A DNA stretch of 64,000 bases from Calditrichia bacterium. Its GTDB lineage: Bacteria; Calditrichota; Calditrichia; JAJRVZ01. Shown in pieces: positions 23,901 through 33,639 of the stretch. Numbering within the stretch: position 1 is the stretch's first letter; every line of letters begins with the position of its first letter. Location of the stretch: positions 576,001-640,000 of the forward strand of contig CAWCNS010000004.1 in assembly GCA_963796965.1 (NCBI GenBank). The letters run 5' to 3'. Both the position numbers and the translations under genes were made by a program. The notes beneath the pieces were generated by a model. The model was not told where the DNA came from. It was given only the letters and a program-made list of their open reading frames with translations, and did not search any database.

Positions 23901-24792
23901 GAGTTTTTTGAAAATGTCGGTACATGTGAAGCACATCTTGGCCTTGCCTACTACGGACAGGGGAATGAAATCGAGCAGGCTGTAGCGGCGGCTACAGGAG
24001 CAGATGTGGCAATTATTTGTGCTGGATTAAGAGAAACTCTCGAAGGTGAAGGTAATGATCGCGAAGATCTGGCATTGCCTAAGGATCAAATCGAACTTAT
24101 CATGAAAGTTGCAAATGCGAATCCGGCTACTGTTGTTGTTCTCTATAATGCCACACCCATCTTAATGAATGAATGGATTGACCGGGTACCCGTGATCGTT
24201 GAGGCTTTCTATCCAGGCCAGGAAGGAGGCCATGCCTTGGCCGATATTATCTTTGGTGATGTGAATCCTTCGGGAAAGCTGCCCTTGACCTTTATAAACC
24301 AATGGGAAGATTCTCCGGTTTATTCAACTTATCCTGGCAAGAAAGAGGAAGTGGATTATAAAGAAGGCATCTTTGTAGGATATCGTCATTTTGAAAAAGT
24401 TACAAAAGATCCATTGTTCCCGTTTGGATATGGCCTGTCATATACGACGTTTAACTATCAGGATTTGGATATTCAAACCCTTTCGAGAGGTGATAAGACT
24501 CTGATTCAAATTGAGGCCTCTGTAAAAAATACCGGTGATATGGCGGGTGATGAAGTAATACAGCTCTACGTTCAGCGTCCTAATGATATTAGTGAAGGGG
24601 CTTAAGAAATTTTCACGGATCGGTCTAAATCCGGGAGAAACAAAAAAAGTTAGCTTTATGTTAGATAAATCTGCCTGGTCTTTTTATGATATTTCAAGTG
24701 GAAAATGGATGGTTAAAAAAGGGACTTATAGGATTTTTATTGGCAGCTCATCTGAGGATATAAGATTAAAAGGTGATGTTTACATAAATTAA
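20921..24792 (+). CDS. DUF4434-like TIM-barrel domain fused to GH3 beta-glycosidase (PA14 + Fn3); frameshifts near 20950-21000 and 24585
   Basis: ATG 20921 then SLTLIPPSPVSDKI upstream of ORF 21234. AFYPS, HHPSFYGWYISEE and WMDLETF mark the DUF4434-like part, followed in the same frame by GH3 motifs CVKHF and VVSDWG. Confidence 0.85.
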
Positions 24793-24919
24793 TTACTTGA
24801 ATATTTTTTTTCTGTCCCGAAAAAAACACCGGATTCTGCTTACATCTTTTAAGGGAGTACCTATGTTTATAAAGATAAACAGAATAGTAATTCAAATAAT
24901 CAGAGAAAGCATAAAACAC

Positions 24920-26670
24920 ATGATCTTCAATAGGCTTTTAATCAGTTCGTCTTTTTTAATATCATTGCTGGCTTCTGCAAATGCACAGGACGTCACTCCC
25001 TTCGATATTCGTGAAATGCTGCAATCCGATATGATAGAGGGACTCTATCATCGTACGTACCAAAGTCTGTGTGACCGGGTAGATAATGACGGTTTCTTAC
25101 AGGAATCGCTAACCGGCAGGTACCCCGGAATGTTTCCACGTACGGTTGGCGGCGCTGTTTCCCTATTCCTTGAGACCGAAGAGTTCGAAATAGCAGAAAA
25201 AATTATCAATTGTACATTAGAGGCCACAGTTGTCAATGAAATGGAGAGAATTCCGCATGTCTTTCTCAGAAAGAAAAATAATCTGCAACCGGTTTATAGC
25301 GGGAAAGCTCATCTGCAACCGGCAGCGGATATAATTGTTTTAGATCTGGGAAAGGGACATAACACAGCAGTTAAATTTCATGCTCCTGAAAAACCACTTC
25401 TTGCCGTTGAAACTGCCGTAAAACTGGGTGCATGTAAGGGAGAACTAACGATGACGATCAGGGAGGGGCTGGATACTAAACCTCTCATATCGGTATCACT
25501 GAAGGCGAAACAGATTCTTCCGGGGCAAATCTGGCAGCGTTTTGAATTTGAACAAGCCTTGGTATTGCAAACCGGTAAGGACTATTATATACGACTTGAT
25601 TTTAATGGTTTTGGATATCCAAAATGGTATGGATTAGAGGACGATTCAGAAAGCACAACTGAAGTATTTTTGTTTGATGCCACCTCGGAGAAACCCTCCT
25701 GGACAAATGAGGGCAATGTCTTGCCAGCTTATGCTATTGACTGTGGTGAGCTGCGCCATGAACAACAAGCAGAACCCTATGAAATTTATTGCGACTGGGA
25801 TCAGATTGATGGCCAGGCTCATGTTATTATGGCATGGGCCCGGCTGGCGCTGCTGCGTGGACAAACTGATTTTGAGGAGCAGACTTATCCTCTTTTGGCA
25901 AAGTTAATGGATCGTACATCTGATCAACCTTATTTTATGTGGGGCCGGGGACATGAAATCAGCCTAAATCTAATTCAGAATATTTCCTTTGAACATTCAC
26001 GTGAAGGGCGGTACTGGCATACCTGGGATTTGCTAACTCAATGCGTTGTGGGTGCTTCACTTGAAACAATGATCCAAATTGCTGAAAGACGGGGAGATTC
26101 AAAACATTCGCTTCGCTGGCAGGATAGGCTTCAGGTTCTTAAAAAAGGAATTGATAAAAATCTGACACGAATCGTTGAAGGTAAGAAAGTATATCTTGAA
26201 ATGCGTCTCCCAAACTCTGCCGGTGGTGTTCCTTATACCGGGATGAGCTGGGTTAACTTTGCCCAATTATGTCGCAATGGAATCCACTTGGAAAGGAAGT
26301 AATGCGCAACACGGTCGAGCTTATGAAACAAAAATTATTGTTACCTTATAAGAATTTTAAGTATCTGGCCATGGAATATGATCCTGATGGCAAAGTAAAT
26401 TCCAGGTGGATTATTGGTAAAGGGATTGGATGGGAAATTGAATATGCCCGGCAAGAAAAAGAGTATGGACGTATAATGGAATGGTTGACTTTTTTAGAAG
26501 CCTTTCATACAGGTGATTTATTCAGTGAATCCATGTATCTTAATGATGAGAATCGGTGGCTAACGGGCGATGGTGGGAATGGAGAACAAAGCACCTGGTG
26601 GTGCTGGGCAGTGGCCCGGTTGAGGAAAGAGGTGGGGCTCCCTGTGATTAGCTCTGAATTGGTGCGATAG
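24920..26670 (+). CDS. Secreted hypothetical protein, possibly an (alpha/alpha)6 glycosidase with an inserted beta domain; frameshift near 26265
   Basis: Signal peptide from ATG 24920; ESLTGRYPGMFPRT, DQIDGQAH, GNGEQSTW. ORFs 24797 and 26269. Confidence 0.55.
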
Positions 26671-26872
26671 TACCTGTTATTAATACAAAAGAAAAAAGAC
26701 AAAAACTGGTCCACTAATTTCACGAATTGCTCAAAAAGAAGTACTATATACTTTTATAAGACAATGGCAATAAATACTATGACTTTACGAAAATTTATGT
26801 AGTATAAGATCGAGAAAATCAGGACAAAAAAATTGATATTTTAGATGAAAAAGTGATAAAAAGAACATAATC

Positions 26873-26960
26873 CAATTCCGGAGGAATTGAATATGAATAA
26901 CCCCGAATATAATTCGGGGAATATTAGAACAAGAGAGTCTCAACTCTGAAGGAGTTGAAT
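26873..26960. repeat. Three-hairpin REP cluster, family E
   Basis: caattccggaggaattgaat (26873-26892), ccccgaatataattcgggg (26901-26919), caactctgaaggagttgaat (26941-26960). Confidence 0.8.
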
Positions 26961-27053
26961 AATTAAAAGTATGATAAGGTATTGAAAATAAATATATTAA
27001 AGAAAATAAATTGATAAACTTTTGACATTATTGGATTTAAAACTGGAGAATAT

Positions 27054-30000
27054 ATGAAAATGCCAAGAATATACTTGTTATTATTTTCTCAATTTATGCT
27101 ATTTACCTCGCCTGTTCAATCCCAGGAGAATTTGGAAATAAACTTTAAAAACCCTCCCATGGACTGTCGGCCGCACACCTACTGGTGGTGGCCGGGAAAT
27201 GCGGTGACAGCAGAAGAGATTACCTGGGAACTTGAACAGATGAAGGAAAAGGGTCTTGGTGGCGTTTTGGTTACCAGTGCAGCGCCGGAGGTTTATGAAA
27301 AAGGCAATATTCCCTTCCTCTCAGATAAACATCTGGCAATGCTCCGACATACAGTGGATGAAGCAAAACGCCTGGGCTTGGAGGTAAATTTAAATTTTGC
27401 CGTTGGCTGGGTGTTCGGTGGATTTTGGGTTGAACCGGAAGACCGGGCCCAAAGCCTGGTTCCTGTTGCTATTGATATTCATGGTCCGACATTATATACC
27501 AGTGAATTACCGAAATTCGCCAAAGCAGGTGATCGGCGTCATGAACTTAGTATTGAAAATATCCCTGACATCAATAAACTTGTTGCGGTTATTGCTGCAA
27601 AAACAGAGGGAGATAAAATTTTAAGAAGCACACTTCTCGACCTGACGGCGAAGGTAAAAGATGACCGCATTATCTGGCAGGTACCTGAAGGCCACTGGCG
27701 CCTGATGGTCTTCTGGTTAAAACCGACTGGACAGATTTCCAATTATGTTAAGGATACCTCGGTCCGGCATTATAGTGTCGATCATTTTAGTAAAACGGCT
27801 ATGCAGAATTATTGCGATTTTCTGGGAAAAAAATATTTCGATGTTCTTGGTGATGAGTTTGGTAAAACAGTAGAGGCAGTACATTGTGATAGCTGGGAAC
27901 TTGCCAATTTACCCAACGGCATTTACTGGAGTGATAGCCTGATGAGCAAGTTCCGGCAGATGAAGGGTTATGATCTGGCCAAATATCTGCCTGCAATTTG
28001 GTGGGATGTTGCAGATATTTCACCAAAAATCCGTTATGATGTAAATGAATTTATTCATGAAGTTGGAATGGAGACCCACTTTAAAACTTTTATAGACTGG
28101 TGCGACGCCCATGGGGTTAACGGAAGTACGGAACCAATCGGTTATCCTATGGATATCCTTAAGGCAGCGGGTATGTCGCATCTTCCTATGAATGAAGTAA
28201 CCCCCGGCGAAAAAGATGGAGTTCCCTGGTTCGATACCCGGATTAATGTAAAAAAATATGTTACTTCTGGTGCTCATATTTATGATCGCAATGTGGTTGG
28301 TGTGGAGGCCTATACCTTCATCCACTGGGAGTTATACCGCGCTACTTTGGAGGAGCTTAAAATATCCTCAGATGGTTTCCTTCGCACCGGGGCAAATAAA
28401 TTTTACAATCATGGATATTCCTATTCCCCGGAACGAGAACCAACTCCCTCCAGATCAATTCCTTTTGCAGCCCGGATATCTCATCCAAATATTTGGTGGA
28501 AATATTACCCGTTGCTGGCCGATTATGTGGGTCGATGCAGTTATTTACTACGGCAGGGCAATTTTTCCCCTGATATTGCAATCTATTCTCCCCTTGCTAA
28601 TCAATGGACTTTGAATGTGCTGAACGGCCGAAAGTGGACGAGGGAATTTTATTGGGGGGATCTTGGTAAATTTATTGTGGCAAATGGATACGACTTCGAC
28701 TTGTTAAATGACGAAGCCTTACAAAAGATGGCCGTGATTGAGGATGGGAAAATAAAAATCCGGAGTCTGGAATATAAGATTTTGATCATGCCTAATATAA
28801 AGGCTTTACCGCTTGAAACGATGCAATTTATCAAGAAATACATTGAGGCTGGTGGTGTGGTCATCGCTCTTGAATCGCTGCCTGAAAGTTCGGTGGGTTT
28901 GGATGATTATGTGCGGAATGATGAAGCTGTTAGATCTATTTGTAGCGATCTTTTTCCGGAGAAGGATGGAAAAAGTCCTAAAAAATACGGACAAGGTGTC
29001 ACATATTTTATGAAATTAGTTATCAACCGCCAGGAAGTCCTGGATTGGCAAAGCAGTGCCTTAGATCCCTTTGTCAATGCAATGCGCAAACACTATCCAC
29101 CAGATTTTTCAATCGATTTTGTGAAGGAAGGCTTGAGAGAAAATAATGGATTAAGCTTTCTGCATCGAAAAGCAGATGAAATGGATATTTATTTTGTTTC
29201 TAATATTCAGGACAGAGCGATTGATCTTCCTGTCACTTTTCGTATTGGTAATAAGGTCCCCTGGGAGTGGAATCCTTATAATGGCGAAATATTACCTATC
29301 TTATGCTATGAGCAAACCGAAGCGGGCATAAATATCCCACTTAAACTCTCCTCGTTTGAATCCACTTTCATCGTTTTCAGAGATGGGGAAAGGAATAGTG
29401 TAAAAAGTTCAGATCTTTACAAAATATCAGGAATTAATGAAGATAGAATTGAGGCCCTAGCAGATAAAAATGGTACTTTCCATATTGTTCTAAATCAAAA
29501 CAAGTCTGATATTACTGAAGCAGTAACAGTAAAGGATATCCCTGCTCCATTTGTTATCTCCGGTACATGGAAATTAACTTTTGATGGGGATGATTCGGCG
29601 CTACCAGAAACTTCTCTTTCCCGTCTGGAATCCTGGACAGATAATGATCAAACCCGGCATTTTAGTGGTACTGGAAACTATGAAATTAACTTTAATCTGC
29701 CACAGGAATATATATCTAATGATCATCTCCTTCAGCTGGATCCGGGCAAAGTGGGCAATATAGCTGAAATTGAAATAAATGGTGTCAAAGCAGGAATTAC
29801 CTGGATGCGTGAGCAGACTCTTGATGTGACAGAATTGCTAAAACCAGGCGCAAATAATCTGAAGATTTCTGTAACAAATACATTAATCAACAAGGTTTCT
29901 GCCATGGAAAAAGCGCCGCCAGTACCATCTCATCTCATTTCCCATTACGGGAGTGGAACCACAGACTACGCAGCTGGAAGACAACGGACGATGGAGATGG

Positions 30001-30098
30001 GATTTGAACCATTACCGCCATCAGGCTTGATGGGTCCTGTTAAGATCACGGTACTAAAGAAAATCAATTTTCAATATTCAACAGTCAATAATCAATGA
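27054..30098 (+). CDS. GH106 alpha-L-rhamnosidase-like glycoside hydrolase
   Basis: RPHTYWWWPGN, GWVFGG, HCDSWE, EAYT, C-terminal sugar-binding domain (HFSGTGNY...SGLMGPV). Confidence 0.85.
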   Translation: MKMPRIYLLLFSQFMLFTSPVQSQENLEINFKNPPMDCRPHTYWWWPGNAVTAEEITWELEQMKEKGLGGVLVTSAAPEVYEKGNIPFLSDKHLAMLRHTVDEAKRLGLEVNLNFAVGWVFGGFWVEPEDRAQSLVPVAIDIHGPTLYTSELPKFAKAGDRRHELSIENIPDINKLVAVIAAKTEGDKILRSTLLDLTAKVKDDRIIWQVPEGHWRLMVFWLKPTGQISNYVKDTSVRHYSVDHFSKTAMQNYCDFLGKKYFDVLGDEFGKTVEAVHCDSWELANLPNGIYWSDSLMSKFRQMKGYDLAKYLPAIWWDVADISPKIRYDVNEFIHEVGMETHFKTFIDWCDAHGVNGSTEPIGYPMDILKAAGMSHLPMNEVTPGEKDGVPWFDTRINVKKYVTSGAHIYDRNVVGVEAYTFIHWELYRATLEELKISSDGFLRTGANKFYNHGYSYSPEREPTPSRSIPFAARISHPNIWWKYYPLLADYVGRCSYLLRQGNFSPDIAIYSPLANQWTLNVLNGRKWTREFYWGDLGKFIVANGYDFDLLNDEALQKMAVIEDGKIKIRSLEYKILIMPNIKALPLETMQFIKKYIEAGGVVIALESLPESSVGLDDYVRNDEAVRSICSDLFPEKDGKSPKKYGQGVTYFMKLVINRQEVLDWQSSALDPFVNAMRKHYPPDFSIDFVKEGLRENNGLSFLHRKADEMDIYFVSNIQDRAIDLPVTFRIGNKVPWEWNPYNGEILPILCYEQTEAGINIPLKLSSFESTFIVFRDGERNSVKSSDLYKISGINEDRIEALADKNGTFHIVLNQNKSDITEAVTVKDIPAPFVISGTWKLTFDGDDSALPETSLSRLESWTDNDQTRHFSGTGNYEINFNLPQEYISNDHLLQLDPGKVGNIAEIEINGVKAGITWMREQTLDVTELLKPGANNLKISVTNTLINKVSAMEKAPPVPSHLISHYGSGTTDYAAGRQRTMEMGFEPLPPSGLMGPVKITVLKKINFQYSTVNNQ

Positions 30099-30103
30099 TC
30101 AAT
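30062..30103. repeat. Heptamer array (nnTCAAT x6) overlapping the GH106 stop codon
   Basis: aatcaat tttcaat attcaac agtcaat aatcaat gatcaat. Confidence 0.75.
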
Positions 30104-30220
30104 TAGAAATGTTAACTATTTAAAAAAATGCCGAGTTCACCGAGAACCTATGGCTCACACTTTTGGCGAGCTACAGATTGAGGCTGTTAATCTAAATGTT
30201 GTGATTGTTTCCATTAATAA

Positions 30221-30304
30221 TTTCACCACGAAGATCACGAAGAGCACGAAGAAACAGTTATTAAGTAAACTTGTTCCGAAGGAGTCCCTTCGGGAGTGGT
30301 AAAA
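30221..30304. repeat. CACGAAG nonamer element whose right arm is split by a 23-nt hairpin
   Basis: tttcaccacgaagatcacgaagagcacgaag ... cttg[ttccgaaggagtcccttcgggag]tggtaaaa. Confidence 0.75.
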
Positions 30305-30407
30305 TCATAAAGACATTTAAAGCATTAAAAAGATATTTACCGATTGGCTGTTAAGCCAGATTTTTTGTGACATTAACATGGACTAGGAAATCACTATCTA
30401 TTTATAT

Positions 30408-33400
30408 ATGGAGAGAAAAATGTTTAATTACCGAAAAATGATTGTTCTAACTTTAATTTTGTTTATTGGATGTACGACATCCAGTGAGAAAAAAGAGCCC
30501 GTTGATTATGTTGATCTTTTTCTAGGCACATCAAGCTCACGCTGGATGCTTTATCCAGGTCCAAGTATGCCTTTCGGGATGGTTAAACTTAGTCCTGATA
30601 ATAGCGATGAATGGGCTTTTGATGCAGGATATGAATATACCATTGAAAGTGTTTCAGGATTTGGGCATGTCCATTCCTGGGCAATGGGAAGCTTCCTTAC
30701 GATGCCTACAACTGGTCCGCTAAAGATCCAGGCGGGTCGGAATGATGATCCGGATAGTGGTTATCGTTCAAGAATCAGCCATGATCAGGAAAGCGCCTCA
30801 CCCGGCTATTATTCAGTATATTTGCAGGACTATGATATCCAGGCCGAACTCACCGCCACAACACGGACCGGTTTTCAGCGTTATACCTTTCCAGAAATAA
30901 ATGAGGGTAGGATCCTTTTTGATCTGCAGATTCCGGAAGAAATGATGACACGTATCATCGAAGCATCCATAGAAAAAATAAGTGACCAGGAAATAGCAGG
31001 TTATGTTAAACGCGTATCAAACTGGAATGAATATACGCTCCACTTTGTTGCCCGGTTTAACAGGGATTTTGAATCAATGGGTGGATGGAAGGGCGAAGAA
31101 ATTATAGAAGGAATTAATCAGATTTCCATCGCGGAAGACAAAGATATCGGTGCATTTATAAATTTTTCTCTTCAGAAAGATCAGCAAGTGCTCATGAAGA
31201 CGGGCATTTCTTTCGTAAGTATCGATCAGGCACGTTTAAATATGGAGATGGAAACGAATGCCCTCGGCTGGGATTTTGATGCCGTCCATCAGTCAACACG
31301 GAAAGTCTGGAATGATCTTTTAAAAAAGATAAAGGTTGAAGGTGGCAGCGAAACTGAAAAAGTAAAGTTTTACACAAATATGTACCGCTCATATAATGCC
31401 CGTACACTCTTCAGTGATGTAAATGGAAAATATATGGACATGTGTGAAGAAGTCCGTCAATTAGAAGATCCGCAGTCACCGGTCTACGGTTGTGACGCTT
31501 TCTGGAACACGTTCTGGAATCTTAACCAGCTCTGGTCATTAATCACTCCGGACGTTACAAATAAATGGGTAAGTTCTCTTTTAGAAATATATGATCGTGG
31601 GGGCTGGCTGGCGAAAGGGCCCGGTGGTATTGAATATTCCAGTATTATGGTCGCATCTCATGAAATTCCTCTGATAGTTGCGGCTTATCAAAAGGGTATC
31701 CGGAATTATGATGTTGAAAAGGCTTATAAAGCGATCCGGGAGATCCAGACAATTCCAGGGCAAGCGCATCCCTGTGGTGGTTGGGTAGGTAATCATAATC
31801 TTAAATCATATATGAGAATGGGCTATGTGCCTGCAGAGGAGGGACCTGTATCGAATACACTTGAATATGCCTATGACGACTGGTGTGTGGCACAGTTTGC
31901 GAAGGCGTTAGGAAAGGTAGACGATTATCAATATTTTATGAAACGGTCGCAATATTATAAAAATGTGTTTGATCCTGTTACCGGATATGTCCGTCCAAAA
32001 TACAGTGGAGGACCATGGCTGAAAGATTTTGTACCGGTTGTTAAGGCAGTTGGTAAGGAAGACAATTTTGGCGGTAAGGACTACGTGGAGGGAAATGCCT
32101 GGCAATTTAGTTGGTTTGCACCCCATGACGTACCCGGTTTAATTGATTTAATGGGATTAGAAGAATTTAACCGTCGTCTAGATGAAGGTTTCGAATTATC
32201 CAGGCCTAACTTTGTAAGCCAGTTCGTCAATCATAGTAACCAACCCAATATGCAACCTGCTTTTCTGTTTAATTATTCAGGCAAACCCTGGTTAACGCAA
32301 AAATGGGTGCGCGAAATACTGGAGAATTATTATGGTACCGGACCTGTCAATGGTTACCCGGGTGATGAAGATCAGGGGCAGATGGGAGCCTGGTATATTA
32401 TGAGTGCCATTGGTCTCTTTCAGATGGATGGCGGTGCTTCTGTGGATCCTGTTTATGAAATCAGCAGTCCAATCTTTGAAAAAATAACCATCCAACTTGA
32501 CCAAAACTACTATCCTGGTTCTGAATTTACCATAGAGGCAAAAAATGTATCCAGGGAAAATAAATATATTCAGTCAGCCCTGCTAAACGGTAAAACCCTT
32601 AATACTTTCTGGTTTTATCATAAGGATCTTGTTAAAGGTGGTAGCCTTGTTCTTCAGATGGGTCCAGAACCTAACAAAAACTGGGGTTCCAAAGGCGGTT
32701 TACCAAAAACCGAAGCAGTTGAACCGATAGTGACAACACCATATATCAGTTCAGATAATAAATTATTCCTGAACAAGACACAGGTATCTCTGGCCTGTGA
32801 GACGAAGGGGGCAAAAATATATTATACTCTGAACGGTGCCCAACCAGATCTTAAATCAAAATTCTACAACGGCCCCTTTGATATAGATAAAACAACCCGG
32901 ATAAATATGCGAGCCTATTCAGGTAAGACTTCCAGTCTTGTAGGGGAAGCAAAACTGGAACGCGCTGTGATAAGACCAGCTCTCTCTTTAAATAAAGTAA
33001 AACCCGGCCTTTCGTATAGATATTACACCGGTATATTTGAGAGAACCACGGCGGTTAAGGGGATCGAGCCAGAAAAAACAGGAATAATTTCACATATTAT
33101 GCTTGAACCGCGTACCAAAGAACAGTATTTTGCTTTTAATATTAAGGGTTATATTAATATTCCTGCGGATGGGCTTTACACATTCTTCCTAAAATCAAAT
33201 GACGGCTCGACCTTCAGTATCGATGGCAAAATGCTAATCAATAACGATGGCATGCATCCTGTTGTGCTAAGATTAGAACGCGTTGCTCTGGAGGCAGGTA
33301 TGCATCCCGTAGAGGTAGGCTATTTCCAGCATGGGGGCAGTCATATTTTGGAACTAAGCTGGAAAGGCCCTGGTTTTGAAAAACAGGAGGTCCCGGCGTC

Positions 33401-33419
33401 AGTGTTATTTTACAATTAA
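30408..33419 (+). CDS. GH92 alpha-mannosidase with C-terminal Fn3-associated and PA14 domains; lipoprotein
   Basis: FIGC lipobox; PFGMVKLSPD, TLEYAYDDW, EGNAWQ, GDEDQGQMGAWY; IYYTLNG; SNDGS. Confidence 0.93.
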   Translation: MERKMFNYRKMIVLTLILFIGCTTSSEKKEPVDYVDLFLGTSSSRWMLYPGPSMPFGMVKLSPDNSDEWAFDAGYEYTIESVSGFGHVHSWAMGSFLTMPTTGPLKIQAGRNDDPDSGYRSRISHDQESASPGYYSVYLQDYDIQAELTATTRTGFQRYTFPEINEGRILFDLQIPEEMMTRIIEASIEKISDQEIAGYVKRVSNWNEYTLHFVARFNRDFESMGGWKGEEIIEGINQISIAEDKDIGAFINFSLQKDQQVLMKTGISFVSIDQARLNMEMETNALGWDFDAVHQSTRKVWNDLLKKIKVEGGSETEKVKFYTNMYRSYNARTLFSDVNGKYMDMCEEVRQLEDPQSPVYGCDAFWNTFWNLNQLWSLITPDVTNKWVSSLLEIYDRGGWLAKGPGGIEYSSIMVASHEIPLIVAAYQKGIRNYDVEKAYKAIREIQTIPGQAHPCGGWVGNHNLKSYMRMGYVPAEEGPVSNTLEYAYDDWCVAQFAKALGKVDDYQYFMKRSQYYKNVFDPVTGYVRPKYSGGPWLKDFVPVVKAVGKEDNFGGKDYVEGNAWQFSWFAPHDVPGLIDLMGLEEFNRRLDEGFELSRPNFVSQFVNHSNQPNMQPAFLFNYSGKPWLTQKWVREILENYYGTGPVNGYPGDEDQGQMGAWYIMSAIGLFQMDGGASVDPVYEISSPIFEKITIQLDQNYYPGSEFTIEAKNVSRENKYIQSALLNGKTLNTFWFYHKDLVKGGSLVLQMGPEPNKNWGSKGGLPKTEAVEPIVTTPYISSDNKLFLNKTQVSLACETKGAKIYYTLNGAQPDLKSKFYNGPFDIDKTTRINMRAYSGKTSSLVGEAKLERAVIRPALSLNKVKPGLSYRYYTGIFERTTAVKGIEPEKTGIISHIMLEPRTKEQYFAFNIKGYINIPADGLYTFFLKSNDGSTFSIDGKMLINNDGMHPVVLRLERVALEAGMHPVEVGYFQHGGSHILELSWKGPGFEKQEVPASVLFYN

Positions 33420-33450
33420 CATGGCTATTACGGGACCACCTTGAACTATT

Positions 33451-33490
33451 TTTCCACGAATTACACAAATTAGAACGAATTTCACGAATT
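33451..33490. repeat. Family B left arm, nonamer array (CACGAATT)
   Basis: tttccacgaatt acacaaatt agaacgaatt tcacgaatt. Confidence 0.8.
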
Positions 33491-33639
33491 ATTTTGTAAC
33501 AATTTAATTAAGAATTTATAAATACATTATAACAAAATATTTGTTTATTTACTTCATATGAGTCCCTTGGGATTGAAAAAATATATGACTAATATAAGAA
33601 TGAAGATTGAGCAAGAGAAAGAAAATAACTTGGGAGTAA

